Assembly: GCF_006345805.1 (NCBI RefSeq)
Contig: NC_043000.1
Location: forward strand, 12,524,001 to 12,588,000
From: Octopus sinensis
Taxonomy: Eukaryota
Direction: 5' to 3'
Length of the DNA: 64,000 bases
Under the pieces are notes generated by a model, which worked only from the letters and a program-made list of their open reading frames with translations, had not been told where the DNA came from and did no database searches. Within the stretch, counting starts at the first letter, position 1, and every line of letters begins with the position of its first letter. Both the position numbers and the translations under genes were made by a program. Below, piece after piece: positions 12,506 through 25,075 of this stretch.

Positions 12506-12836
12506 ACCATCCACCTGAAACAAAATTTCATCTGGGTACTCAGTTGGGCCCTCAAGTAAAGCATTTCAGCTACCAATTCTTCCAACATTCATCTCGTATA
12601 TCTCAAGATATGCAGGTTAGGTTTGGTAGATGCAAACGGCAATTTCTGCATCATCATCATCATCATCAATATTATTACTAAATCCCCATAAACAATCATC
12701 ACAGTTTAAATAACCATCACCATCACCATTATCATCACCACAACCACTACTAACACCATTGTCATCATCATCATTACCACCATCATTATCATCATCACTA
12801 TCATTATCATCACCACCACAATGTCACATTCAAGAT

Positions 12837-12882
<46 letters not shown>

Positions 12883-12894
12883 GTATACATATTT

Positions 12895-13122
12895 CTTTTA
12901 CTGATTGCAGTCATTTGACTGCGGCCATGCTGGAGCACCACTTTTAGTTGAACAAAGCAACCCCAGGACTTATTCTGTGTAAGTCTAGTACTTATTCGAT
13001 TGGTCTCTTTTACTGAACTGCTAAGTTACAGGGACATAAACACGCCAACATCAGTTGTCAAGTGATGGTGGGGAGACAAACACAGACACACAAATACATA
13101 CATATAAATATATGTATGTATG

Positions 13123-13172
<50 letters not shown>

Positions 13173-13350
13173 CATACATACATATATATATATGACGGGC
13201 TTCTTTCAGTTTCCATCTACCAAATCCACTCACAAGGATTTGGTCAGCTCAAGGCTATAGTAGAAGACACTTGCTCAAGGTGCCATGCAGTGGGATTGAA
13301 CCTGGAACCATGTGGTTGGGAAGGAAGCTTCTTACCATACAGCCACTCAT
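12895..13350 (-). mobile_element. SINE family B with expanded (TA)n linker
   Basis: Same bipartite structure. Confidence 0.82.
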
Positions 13351-14016
13351 GTGCCTGTATATATATATATATATATATGTGTTCACATATCATCTATCCT
13401 TAATTTCAATGCTAGAGGGAAAAAAAACCTGAGAGACCTTCCAAACCACCACCCTCAACCCCCACCACCACTACCATCTACCACAATCTCCACTACTACC
13501 ATTATCACTACAGTGTCCACTATGAAAACCAGGTAAGTGATTTATTTGCCAGCGGCAAGTCGCCTTAGAAAGAACCTTGCCAACAGGATGAAGGGTTAAT
13601 GAAGATTCAACAAAGAAACTGAATTCTTCCCAAATAGCCGAAAAGGAAGAACTGGGGAAATATTGATTACTTTTGTTGTTGTTGCTGATGTTGTTGTTGT
13701 TGTTTGGAAAAGAGTAGAATATTGATTATGTGTAACCATTCAAAGCAGCACCGGCAGATAGAGCAAACAGCAGCCACAGAAAAACAATGCTACAAGCCAT
13801 AGAAAACAACGCTATTTCCGCATCATAACGGGCTACATACTCATACACACACACATACGCGCACATACAGCATTACACCAGGCCACTTCATATCACACAC
13901 TACATCATGCTGTACCATAAACATATACCACACAATACCATGTAACACTACAGCATACCAGACCAGACCGGACCGGACTAGACCACATAACACTACACTA
14001 TACTGCATCACACATT

Positions 14017-14790
14017 ACCTATTTCTTTATTACCCACAAGGGGCTAAACACAGAGGGGACAAACAAGGACAGACATAGGTATTAAGTCAATTACATCGAA
14101 CCCAGTGCGTAACTGGTACTTAATTTATCGACGCCGAAAGGATGAAAGGCAAAGTCGACCTCGGCGGAATTTGAACTCAGAGACAGACGAACTACCTATT
14201 TCTTTACTACCCACAAGGGGCTAAACATAGAGGGGACAAACAAGGACAGACAGACAGATTAAGTCAATTACATCGAACCCAGTGCGTAACTGGTACTTAA
14301 TTTATCGACCCTGAAAGGATGAAAGGCAAAGTCGACCTCGGCGGAATTTGAACTCAGAGACAGACGAACTACCTATTTCTTTACTACCCACAAGGGGCTA
14401 AACATAGAGGGGACAAACAAGGACAGACAGACAGATTAAGTCAATTACATCGAACCCAGTGCGTAACTGGTACTTAATTTATCGACCCTGAAAGGATGAA
14501 AGGCAAAGTCGACCTCGGCGGAATTTGAACTCAGAGACAGACGAACTACCTATTTCTTTACTACCCACAAGGGGCTAAACATAGAGGGGACAAACAAGGA
14601 CAGACAGACAGATTAAGTCGATTACATTGACCCCAGTGCGTAACTGGTACTTAATTTATCGACGCCGAAAGGATGAAAGGCAAAGTCGACCTCGGCGGAA
14701 TTTGAACTCAGAACGTAGCGGCAGACAAAATATGGCTACGCATTTCACCCGACATGCTAACGTTTCTGCCAGCTCGTTGCTACATCACAA
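14017..14790 (-). repeat. Tandem tetramer of SINE family A (177-bp period)
   Basis: Units start at 14017, 14194, 14371 and 14548; only the last copy retains the tRNA-like head. Confidence 0.9.
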
Positions 14791-14909
14791 ACAACACCAC
14801 ACAGCAACCACACTACTACCACCACCACCACAACATACTATGTTACGCTACGCACTATACTACACAATACCTCCACCACAATACACTGTAAACACATCGC
14901 AAAAGACAA

Positions 14910-15850
14910 TGACAGCTACAGCAAGCCAATGAGACCGCTTCTGTGTGATCATTCAAACCAGCTAGAAACAGCAGTTAAAACTCTCCAATCAAACTCCCAT
15001 TATGTGAAATAAAGACAAACATATTAGGTAATGATAGGGCACAGAAAGTGTGTTAACAGCCAGCTGAAGATGTTCTCCTGGGGCTACAAGCTACAGTAGC
15101 ATCCACCCTTAGTGGTTAGCTACATTTAAGTGGCAAATATACTTCACATTGTCGTGCAGCTACTGTTTATACCTTGTTCAGAGATTTATTATATTAGGTA
15201 ATGTAATCTTAGAAAGAAATCCCTAAGATGTCAGGATGGTCACAGTTGCAATATCTTTGACCATAGGTCAACTTGATCAGAAATGACCTGAGGCTAAACA
15301 GTAGCAGTGACATCAAGAACAATGGAGGATCTTGATTTGCTAAGAATATCAGCTAAATCTCTCTCAGATTATACCTTACCATCTTTAAAAACACACCACA
15401 ATAAACAACAACTACAGCAAGTCAACAAGACCGCTTCTGTGTGATCATTCAAACTAGCTAGAAATAACAGCTAAAACCCTCTGATCAAACTCCCACTATT
15501 TTAAATAAGGACAAATATATTAGGTGATGTAATCTTAGAAAGAAACCTCTAAGATGACAGGATGGTCATAGTTGGAACCTCTTTGATCAGGATTGACCTG
15601 TGGCTAAACAACAGCAATAATATCGAGGGCATCAACCAACAACTGAGGAACTTGATTTACTAGAAATATCAGCTAAATCTCACTCAGATTATGCTTCACC
15701 ACCTTTAAAAAGGGCACACATGAGATAATATAGTCCTAAATACCTACCAAAAGAGACAGGGTGGTCACAGCTGGAATGTCTTTGATCATAGATCAACTGA
15801 TTCAGGGATGACCTTGGGTTAAATAACAAGAGCAACAACAACAACAACAA
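14910..15850 (+). repeat. Local multi-copy cluster of an abundant unclassified interspersed repeat (ctagaaatagcagccaaatctc family)
   Basis: 14910-15320 and 15410-15625 are diverged duplicates; family members also at 1230-1310, 18480-18700, 54340-54530(-) and 59810-59990(-). Confidence 0.7.
15034..15190 (+). mobile_element. 5'-truncated retroelement 3' end with an exact 13-bp TSD
   Basis: TSD atattaggtaatg at 15021-15033 and 15191-15203; homologous to 50242-50476. Confidence 0.7.
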
Positions 15851-16175
15851 CTACATGAACCAATGAGAAAGCCTAAGCCAACGAGGAAGTTTCTATGTAA
15901 TCAATGCTTGACAATCAGTGTTGGTTTGTTTACATCCCCATAACTTAGCAGTTCAACAAAAGGGACCAATAGAAAAAGTACCAGACTTATAAAAAAGAAA
16001 TAAGTTATGGGGGTTGATTTGTTTGACGGAAACCTTCAAGGTGGTGCCCCAGGATGGCCACAGTTTAATGACTGAAACAAGTGGAAGATAAAAGATGGCT
16101 ACAATGTCTTTGAACACAGGGATGTTGGACTAGAGATGAAATGAGACTTCAACAACAAAAATGACAACACAATAT

Positions 16176-16410
16176 ACCTATTTCTTTACTGCCCACAAGG
16201 GGCTAAACACAGAGAGGACAAACAAGGACAGACACATGGATTAAGTCAATTACATTGACTCCAGTGCGTAACTGGTACTTATTTAATTGACCCCGAAAGG
16301 ATGAAAGGCAAAGTCGACCTCGGCGGAATTTGAACTCAGAATGTAGCGGCAGATGGAATACCGCTAAGCATTTCGCCCAGCGTGCTAACAATTCTGCCAG
16401 CTTACTGCCT
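16176..16410 (-). mobile_element. SINE family A
   Basis: Full-length reverse copy. Confidence 0.8.
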
Positions 16411-16703
16411 TGACAACACAATATACCACAATCTTGACAAGACACCAGTGTATCACAGGTAATCTCCAGATGACCTGATACTTATTCCTATTGACTGAAG
16501 CAATGTGGAATGAAATGTGGAGAGGTAGCTGTCCTCCTGGTTAGGACACCAACCTATCATATGTAACACTCTTAGATGATTTCCTATTTCTTCTTACTAA
16601 GAGCTAGGTGCCCTACAATAAAGTGTTGTGCTCAAGAAATGAAGAAGACACCTTCATAGGGTTTGATTAGACAACACAAGCCAGCATGAAATTGGACATT
16701 TAA

Positions 16704-16923
16704 CCCTTTCATTACTGTATTTCTTTTGAGATGCTCTGTGTTTCTTTCAATTACATTAAATATAACAAAGAATTGAGTAAAATAACTTAGTTATCATTCA
16801 GCTAGTGCTAGGAACATAATTTGTGACTAAGGTTTGGTGGAAGATTTTAATTCAAAACTTAGGAAAACAAGACATTTGTACTCAGAGTCAGAGCCGGTTT
16901 CAGCCAGGTTGGTAATGAAAGGG
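16704..16923. mobile_element. piggyBac-type MITE with TTAA TSD
   Basis: TTAA|ccctttcattac ... gtaatgaaaggg|TTAA. Confidence 0.85.
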
Positions 16924-17635
16924 TTAAAAGTGATGGTGATGAACCTGTGAACAACCAAAATCATAAGGATCATAAAGACAGATCCATAAACTTAAGGATC
17001 ATATAGACATCCATACACTTAGGATCATGAAGACAGATCCATACATAATATGCTACACTGAAGCATATTAAATAGACATGAGACAAATAACGCTTAATCC
17101 CCTTGGTACTGCTGTATTGGTGCCGTCTATTTGGCGCTGCCAATTCGAAGCCGTCATAATTGACATCAGATGTTTTAATGTTTGTCTTACACTCTCTCTT
17201 TCTCTCCTTTCCATTCTCTCTCCCCCTTTCATTCTCTCAATTTCTCTCTCTCTTCCATTCTCAATCTCTCTCTCTCTTTATGCTTGAGAACATATTTTTC
17301 TTTATGTATGAGAAGGAAAGGGTTTATGTCAATCATGTTCAATTAATCAATTGTAATGATTGTCTTTCTTTCTTTCTTTCTTTCTCTCTCTGTTTGCTTG
17401 TGTGGTGTGTGTGTGTGTGTATGAGTGAGTGTGTGTACTTTTGTCTCCAATGCTACAAAAGTACTGTTGCCAAAACAAGCTGAATGTCCAGTTAGCTGTG
17501 CCAAATCCTACGCCCCCAAGTAACAGCACTATATCATCTCATCCTGACCCCTGGGACATGACACTAGCCTATCACAGATAGCTACCCCTGATAAACAAAC
17601 TCCAACACCCAAAACTGCAAGTCAAACAATCACCT

Positions 17636-17867
17636 ATTTCTTTATTGCCCACAAGGGGCTAAACACAGAGAGGACAAACAAGGACAGACAAACGGATTAA
17701 GTTGATTATATTGACCCCAGTGCATAACTGGTATTTATTTAATCAACCCCGAAAGGACGAAAGGCAAAATCGATCTCGGTGGAATTTGAACTCAGAACGT
17801 AGCGGCAGACGAAATACGGCTATGCATTTCACCCAGCATGCTAACATTTCTGCCAGCTCGCCGCCTT
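17636..17867 (-). mobile_element. SINE family A with 17-bp TSD
   Basis: TSD aagtcaaacaatcacct at 17619-17635 and 17868-17884. Confidence 0.88.
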
Positions 17868-18021
17868 AAGTCAAACAATCACCTGTCAATTCAGTACTGC
17901 TACCATTGTCTACTCGAGTTATATACCACTCTGTGGGACCCACTTACAGCTAGGTAGACTGGACTATTGTGGTACCTATTTACAGCTAGGTGGACTGCAC
18001 TGTTCTGTAGTACCTACCACT

Positions 18022-18160
18022 TGTGTAGCAAGGAGGGGGCGGCAGGGGCGGTCCGCCCTGGGTGGCACTTTTGGGTCTACTGAAGGCAATATGTGTTTTT
18101 TGGGGGATTTGGGGGAGGCAAATGGCAGGACCGCCTAAGGCGTCACACTCTCGAGCTACA
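18022..18160. mobile_element. GC-rich MITE inside a ~38-bp minisatellite (17935-18215)
   Basis: Ends tgtagc...gctaca with internal ggcggtcc/ggaccgcc inverted repeat; flanking units cacttacagctaggtggactgcac. Confidence 0.55.
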
Positions 18161-19029
18161 TTAATGGTACATACTTACAGCTTGGTGGACTGCACCATTC
18201 TGTGGTATCTACTACTTTAGTTAAGTAGAGTGTATCTCACAGTGGTACATACCGACCAACTACAATGTAACTACAACAGCAACAGCAACGACAAGAACTA
18301 CAGCAAGAACTGTAATAGCAACAACAGCAACAATAACAGTAGTAGTAGTAGTAGTAGCGGTGGTGGTTGTAGTAGTAATGGTGGTAGTAGTAGTAGTAGT
18401 GGTGGTAGTGGCAGCAGCAGCAGTAACAATAAGTTACAACTGACATCAGATGTTTTAATGTTCACAAAAAAGTTATCACCATAAGCCAACGAGGAAGCCT
18501 CTTCACGGTCGATTGATTTGCTAGAAATAACAGCCAAGTTTTTTTTAATTTTTTATATCAAACCCTACCGTCTCAAGAAAGGAGAAAGAATACATCGGAT
18601 AACGTAGTCCTAGATATACAATGTCAGATATAAATGGATAGGATGAACATGACTGGGATCGTGGCTTGGCTGAGTGAAGGCTGACCTGGGGTTTAAAAAA
18701 CGGCAAAGAGAGAATATCTACAATCGCCGTCATAGCAATGATGGTTAGAACAACATCGACATCAGCAGCAGCCGGAGCAACAACAACAATCACAATAACA
18801 AAAGTTTACAATAATAACAAGGCAGACAAAGACAGACAAACACTCCTGTTTTTCTCCAGAAAGCATTTTTTTACTCCCAGCATTTGTTTATCTAAACATA
18901 CAGTTGCGGTGTATTGTGAGGAAGGTGCTTCCGGTGGGAACAAAAACTCGGCTTGTACACACGCACGTGTGTGCGTGTAAAAATGTTTACACACACGCGC
19001 ACGTATATATATATAAATTATATATATAT

Positions 19030-19410
19030 ATGTATGGTAGAAATTTTGTGTACGAATAGATATACGACCGTTACTGTTATGTTTAGAGTTCCACGTAGAG
19101 TATCATAATCCTGTCTGCTTCCTGTATAGTTAAGTAACTTCTATACCGAGTAATATTAATTAATGTAGGAGAAATAAGGATAAACATAAATTTATATTAT
19201 ACTTCCTGCGTACGTTTCACAATTGTAGTAGCATTGACGCCCTACGATGGATAATCCAAGTGCAATTATATGCTCACAGACAATAAAGTGTTCCCTGACG
19301 ATCTGTTGGGCTTCAGCATTTAAATAAAGCTCCAAAAAGCCATAATGGTGAAACGCACGTAGGAGGTATATTGTAAACTTGTGTTTATTCTTATTTTCCC
19401 TAAATTACAC
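19030..19410 (+). mobile_element. Non-autonomous Penelope-like terminal-repeat segment carrying a hammerhead and ~60-bp inverted repeats
   Basis: Begins after (TA)n at ~19005-19030. 19161-19220 is an inverted copy of 19348-19407, the hammerhead 3' half plus tail. Confidence 0.55.
19291..19365 (+). ncRNA. Type I hammerhead ribozyme motif with intact catalytic core
   Basis: UUCC (stem I) CUGACGA (19295-19301), long stem II, GAAA (19350-19353), C-GCAC-G, UA with predicted cleavage after A19361, then GGAG (stem I partner). Confidence 0.75.
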
Positions 19411-20222
19411 ACAGACACACACTAAAAACTCAATGGGTACAGTTTAATGCCTGAAATAAGTAAAAGATACGTATATGCTAAATGTATGCATGCTGTTAAA
19501 TGCTTGTGGCTGCGGTATTTTGCTTAAGGGAGGCTCTGTTAAAGACATTTAGTGTTAAAAAATACAGTATAAATCAAAGCTAGGTGAAAGAAAATCGCCC
19601 TGGAGGTGGATGAGAATGACAGGTATTGATATTTTGCAGTCATTTCTGCTCGTCACTATTATATACTAAACCCACCGCTAAAACAAATCCACAAAAGACA
19701 GAAGTATATACAAATAATGTATAATCTATTTGCTGATGTGAAATAGTGCTGCACAAGCAGAACAAAATTCAAATTTTGTGTTAGAAGCAGCTCAATAATG
19801 TAAAAATTAACAATATGACATATTTAATGTATGCACATTGTTAAAAGCTTGTAGATGTGATAATTTATCTAAGAGAGGTCATTTTTATGACGTATAATGT
19901 TAAAAAAACACAATATATTTCAAAAATAGGTAAAACGAAATTGTCCTGGAAGGTGCAGTGTTTTTGTACATCAGCAAATAAATTCCATGCTATTTATATA
20001 TACTTCTAGCTGGCTGTCATGGATTTGTCTTGGATGTTGGTTGAGTATATAACACTAATGAGTAGAAATGACTGCAAAATATCATTCTTGTCCACTTCCA
20101 AAGTGATTTAATTTCACTTAGCTTTGAAGTATATCGTGCTTTTTAATACTATATGTCTTTAAAGGAACCTCCCTTAGATGATATCCCACAGCTACAACAC
20201 ACATTAAATATGTGATATTGAT

Positions 20223-20249
<27 letters not shown>

Positions 20250-20260
<11 letters not shown>

Positions 20261-20500
20261 GGCAGTTTGTCTGTGCGTTTTCTGTGTCTGTTTTCTCGTA
20301 CCCTCACTTTGACCACGGCTTTCAACCGATTCTGATGAAACTTGACACACACATAGCCCAATGTCATAATTCAAAACTAACGCAGCGAAAATTTTGAAAA
20401 GTTTTTCCATTTTTTTGCTACTTTTTGGCTATAACTCTCTAAAAATGCTTTATAGTTATTTCCCTTACAAACCTGAGCAACGCCGGGCGATACTGCTAGT
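20250..20500 (+). mobile_element. Non-autonomous Helitron-like element (internally deleted relative to 55620-56008)
   Basis: 5' tatataaacggcagtttgtctg; 3' cgccgggcg hairpin plus CTAG-T terminus; no TSD. Confidence 0.75.
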
Positions 20501-20527
20501 ATCTCTCTCTATATAAACGGCAGTTTG

Positions 20528-20707
20528 TATATATATATATATGTTAATATGGTATCCTTTCACAAAATGGAGGTGAATACCAATGTTCCCATGTGGTACA
20601 CTTGAACAATTGTAAAGAACTTCCTACAGAAACTATTGGTAGCCTTGTCAACCCACAAATAAAGTGTGTGTGTATGTATATATATATATACATATATATA
20701 TACATTA

Positions 20708-20780
<73 letters not shown>

Positions 20781-20873
20781 CATTATATATATATATATAT
20801 ATATATACATTATATATATATATACATACATTATATATATATATATACATACATTATATATATATATACATAC

Positions 20874-20928
<55 letters not shown>
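20528..20928. repeat. Interrupted (TA)n tract, ~400 bp
   Basis: Direct reading of the sequence. Confidence 0.95.
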
Positions 20929-20930
<2 letters not shown>

Positions 20931-21184
20931 TAAGTAGATAGAGAGCAAGATGTATATATACATGTATGCATACACATGTACACACACACACACACAAAGA
21001 ATATTGATTTCTAGCATAGACACGAGACCAGATCTGCTTGATATGAGTAAATGTAGTCAATTTTATCAGCCCAAATTCTGATATTCATTGTAATGATCCA
21101 AGAAGGAGAGGTCAACAGGATTTGAACATGGAACACAAACGGACAAAGCGAAATACCAGAAAACATTTTATCCATCACTCTCAG

Positions 21185-22325
21185 ACAGTGTATAACTGCA
21201 GTAAGTGTACAGAGGGACAGTGTACAGCTGTTGCAGGTACATACAGGGAGACAGTGTAAGCTGCAGTAAGTGTACATAAGGGGACAGTCTATTGATGCAA
21301 TAGGTGTACAGAGAGGTGGTATACAGCTAGTGTACACAGAGGGGTAGTTTACACGTAGTGTACAAGCGTATATAGGATGACAGTGTAAAATTGCAGCAAG
21401 TGTACATAGGGAGACTGTACACCGAGAGGCAGTGTCCAGCTGTTGAAGGTGCATATAGGGAGACAGGATACAACTGCTGTAGGTGTACATAGGGAGACAG
21501 TGTAAAAAAAAGGAGCACTTCGTCGGTTGTGATGACGAGGGTCCCAGCTGATACGATCAACGGAACAGCTTGCTCGTGAAATTAGCGTGCAAGTGGCTGA
21601 GCACTCCACACACACGTGTGTCCTTAACGTAGTTCTCAGAGAGATTCAGCATGACACAGAGTGTGACAAGGCCGGCCCTTTGAAATACAGGTACTACTCA
21701 TTTTTGCCAGCTGAGTGGATTGGAGCAACGTGAAATAAAGTGTCTTGCTCAAGGACACAACACATCACCGGGAATTGAACTCACGACCTTATGATCATGA
21801 GCAGAATGCCCCTAACCACTAAGCCACGCGCCTTCACTAGGGAGACAGAGTGGAAGCACTCCGTCGGTTACGACGATGAGGGTTCCAGTTGATCCGAATC
21901 AACAGAACAGCCTGCTTGTGAAATTAACGTGTAAGTGGCTGAGCACTCCACAGACACGTGCACCCTTAACGTAGTTCTCGGGGAGATTAAGCGTGACACA
22001 GAGAGTGACAAGGCCGACCCCTTGAAATACAGGTACAACAGAAACAGGAAGTAAGAGTGAGAGAAAGTTGTGGTGAAAGAGTACAGTAGGGATCACCACC
22101 ATCCCCTGCCGGAACCTTGTGGAGCTTTAGGTGTTTTCGCTCAATAAACACTCACAACGCCCGGTCTGGGAATCGAAACTGCGATCCTACGACCGCGAGT
22201 CCGTTGCCCTAAACACTGGGCCATTGCGCCTCAGGGAGACAGAGTACAGCTGTAGCAAATATACAATGGAAGTAGGTGTATATAGGGAGACTGTAGAGTT
22301 GCAGTAGGTGTACACAAGCTGGTAA
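21185..22325. repeat. ~36-bp minisatellite interrupted by two SINEs
   Basis: Unit ~gtgtacatagggagacagtgtacagctgttgcag at 21185-21503 and 22233-22325. Confidence 0.75.
21505..22232 (-). mobile_element. Two adjacent SINEs (family D-like 21505-21840; family C 21852-22232) inside a minisatellite
   Basis: agggagacagagt flanks the second SINE at ~21839-21851 and ~22233-22245. Confidence 0.78.
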
Positions 22326-23383
22326 TTTAACTGCTGGAATGCTTGGTGATGCAATACATCCCTGCATCACTGTTGGTTGTAGGAAAAAAAAAAAAACTAA
22401 CGCAGACATTGAGTCAATACAGAGAGAGGCTGAGATTTTCTCACTGAGACATGTATGGTGTGTTTGTAGAAGCTGGATAGTGGTATGTAGAGGAGACAGC
22501 AGTGGTCGGCGGAGAAGAAGGAGAGAGGAGAAAGACGTCAACAGAAGAGAGAAATATAAGAGAGAGAGAGAGAGAGAGTACGTGTGTGTGTGTGTGAGAA
22601 AGAGAGTGTGTATGTGTGAGAGAGAGAAAGAGAGTGTGTATGTGTGTGTGAGAGAGAAAGAGAGTGTGTGTGTGTATGTGTGAGAGAGAGAGAGAGAGAG
22701 TGTGTGTGTGTGTGTGAGAGAGAGAAAGAGTGTGTGTGTGTGTGAGAGAGAGAGTGTGTGTGTGTGTATGTGTGAGAGAGAGAGGAGGTAGACAGGGAAG
22801 TAACAGAGAGGAAGAAAGATAGACATGGAAATAATATTGAAAGAAAAGGATAATAATAATAATAATAATAACAATAATAAACAAAATGAAGAACAAAAGA
22901 GTATGAGAAACGACCTATCATGTTCCACTACCACCACCACTCTGGTATAGCCAGTACCTGCCTTCCTTTATCAACTACCATACTATCCTATCACCACCAC
23001 CATCATCATTATTATCACTATTCCTTAACAACCTCCACCACATCACAATACCACACCTTATCATCATCATCATCACCAGCACCATCAACATACTCTCCAT
23101 AACCATCATGAGTATCACCACCTCTTACAGACAGGAAATTCTACAAGATATCCCAAAATAAATTAAAACAATGAGTTTGTGATCTGCTTCAAGACACTCC
23201 CTGTTGTTGATTATTTTGTTGTACTTGCTGTTGTTATTGTTGTTGTTATTGTTGTTGTGGTGGTGGTGGTGGTGGTAGTGTTACTTTGGTGGAACTCTGC
23301 TCTGTAACTTGGCTCTTTTGAAGACCTGGTGAGAATAAAACCTCCCTCATTTGAAAGACAGGTAATGTTTAGCAACAGGAAGG

Positions 23384-23611
23384 TGAGCTGGCAGAATCGT
23401 TAGCACGCTGAGCAAAATGCTTAGCGGTATTTCGTCTGCCGTTATGTTCTGAGTTCAAATTCCGCCGAGGTCGACTTTGCCTTTCATCCTTTCTAGGTCG
23501 ATTAAATAAGTACCAGTTACACACTGGGGTCGATATAATCGACTTAATCCATTTGTCTGTCCTTGTTTGTCCCCTCTATGTTTAGCCCCTTGTGGGTAGT
23601 AAAGAAATAGG
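23384..23611 (+). mobile_element. SINE family A with 15-bp TSD
   Basis: TSD ttagcaacaggaagg at 23369-23383 and 23612-23626. Confidence 0.88.
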
Positions 23612-24004
23612 TTAGCAACAGGAAGGACATTTGGTCATGAATTACTGTCTCAAATAGATTTTCATCCAACTCATGCTGGTATGGAAAAATAGATATAAAC
23701 CCCAACAAAAAATGATGCAGTATTGTGTGTACTCTCTATATTTTCCAGTCTTTCCATGCTGTTGTTGTTCTTGTTGCTATTATGCATCCCCTCTCCATCA
23801 GGGTTGGCCCTGTCTAAGTTTGCTTCAACAGAGCTAACCTAATAGTTGAAGAGGGGTACATAACAGGGAACATCTAAACCTCTAACTTTTTTCACATCAT
23901 GGACTGGTTTCATACAAGACAATTTTTCTACAGATTGGGGGTTCACACACATAACAGAACACAAGAAAATGCATAATATATAATTCAATTATTGCATATA
24001 TAAT

Positions 24005-24325
24005 GGGGCATGGCTCAGTTGTTAGAGTGTCACGAGGTACTGAGTTCAATTCCTGGACTGGGCTATGTATTGTGCTCTTGAGCAAAACACTTTATTTCAT
24101 GTTGCTCCAGTTCACTCATCTACAGAAATGAATTGTGACATCACAATGTATCAGCCTTTGCCTTTCCTTTGGACAACATCAGTGGCATTGAGAGGGGAGG
24201 CGGGTATGCATGGGCAACTGATGGTCTTCTATAAACAATCCAGCCCAGATTTGTGTCATAGAGAGTAACTTTCTAGTTGCAATTCCATGTTCATTCATGA
24301 CTGAAGGGAGTCTTTACCCTTTACA
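24005..24325 (+). mobile_element. SINE family D variant (related copy at 29780-30120)
   Basis: tRNA-like head, cttgagcaaaacactttatttca core, aggggtctttacccttt tail. Confidence 0.75.
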
Positions 24326-24486
24326 TATATAATGTATAATGGGTCATGTGGCATAGGATGGACTACATCAGACTCCCTAGACTAATCCCTTACTCCTAAC
24401 TATCCAAGGGTAAAAAGAAACTATGGAAGACCTCAACTGAGATTAAAAGATACTGCACAAAGGAAAATTAAATGGAAAGGAATTAC

Positions 24487-25075
24487 TCTTTTACTCTTTA
24501 CTTGTTTCAGTCATTTGACTGCGGCCATGCTGGAGCACTGCCTTTTAGTCAAGCAAATCAACCCCAGGACTTATTCTTTGTAAGCCTAGGACTTATTCTA
24601 TTGGTCTCTTCTGCCGAACCGCTAAGTTACGGGGATGTAAACACACCAGCATCGGTTGTTAAGCGATGCTGGGGGGGGGGGACAAACACAGACACACAGA
24701 CATATACACACACACACATACATCATCATCATTGTTTAACGTCCGTTTTCCATGATAGCATGGGTTGGACGGTTCGATCGGGTTCTGGGAAGTCAGGAGG
24801 CTGCACCAGGCTCCAGTCTGATCTGGCAGTGTTTCTACAGCTAGATGCCCTTCCTAACACCAACCACTCCATGAGTGTAGTGAGTGCTTTTTACGAGCCA
24901 GGGGAGGCTGGCAGCAGCCACGATCGGTTGGTGCTTACCAAATCCACTTACAAGGTTTTGGTCAGCCCGAGGTTATAGTAGAAGACACTTACCCAAGGTA
25001 CCACAGAGTGGGACTGAACCCAGAACCATGTGGTTGGTAAGCAAGCTACTTACCACACAACCACTCCTGCACCTA
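24487..25075 (-). mobile_element. SINE family B interrupted by an RTE tail (24720-24935)
   Basis: SINE tail 24487-24715, RTE fragment, SINE head 24935-25075. Confidence 0.75.

Noticed and set aside
13528-13540. Consensus-like plus-strand splice donor caggtaagt (also ggaaggtgagt near 4885)
   Set aside because: No associated acceptor or coding frame; expected by chance in 64 kb.
14017-14790. Regularly spaced repeats (also 59965-60750) considered as CRISPR-like arrays
   Set aside because: Units are contiguous SINE or satellite sequence with no unique spacers, in a eukaryotic context.
18700-19000. CpG-richer stretch with an ETS-like CTTCCGG motif as an alternative promoter
   Set aside because: No exon, TATA or initiator evidence, and short motifs arise by chance; cannot be supported without chromatin data.
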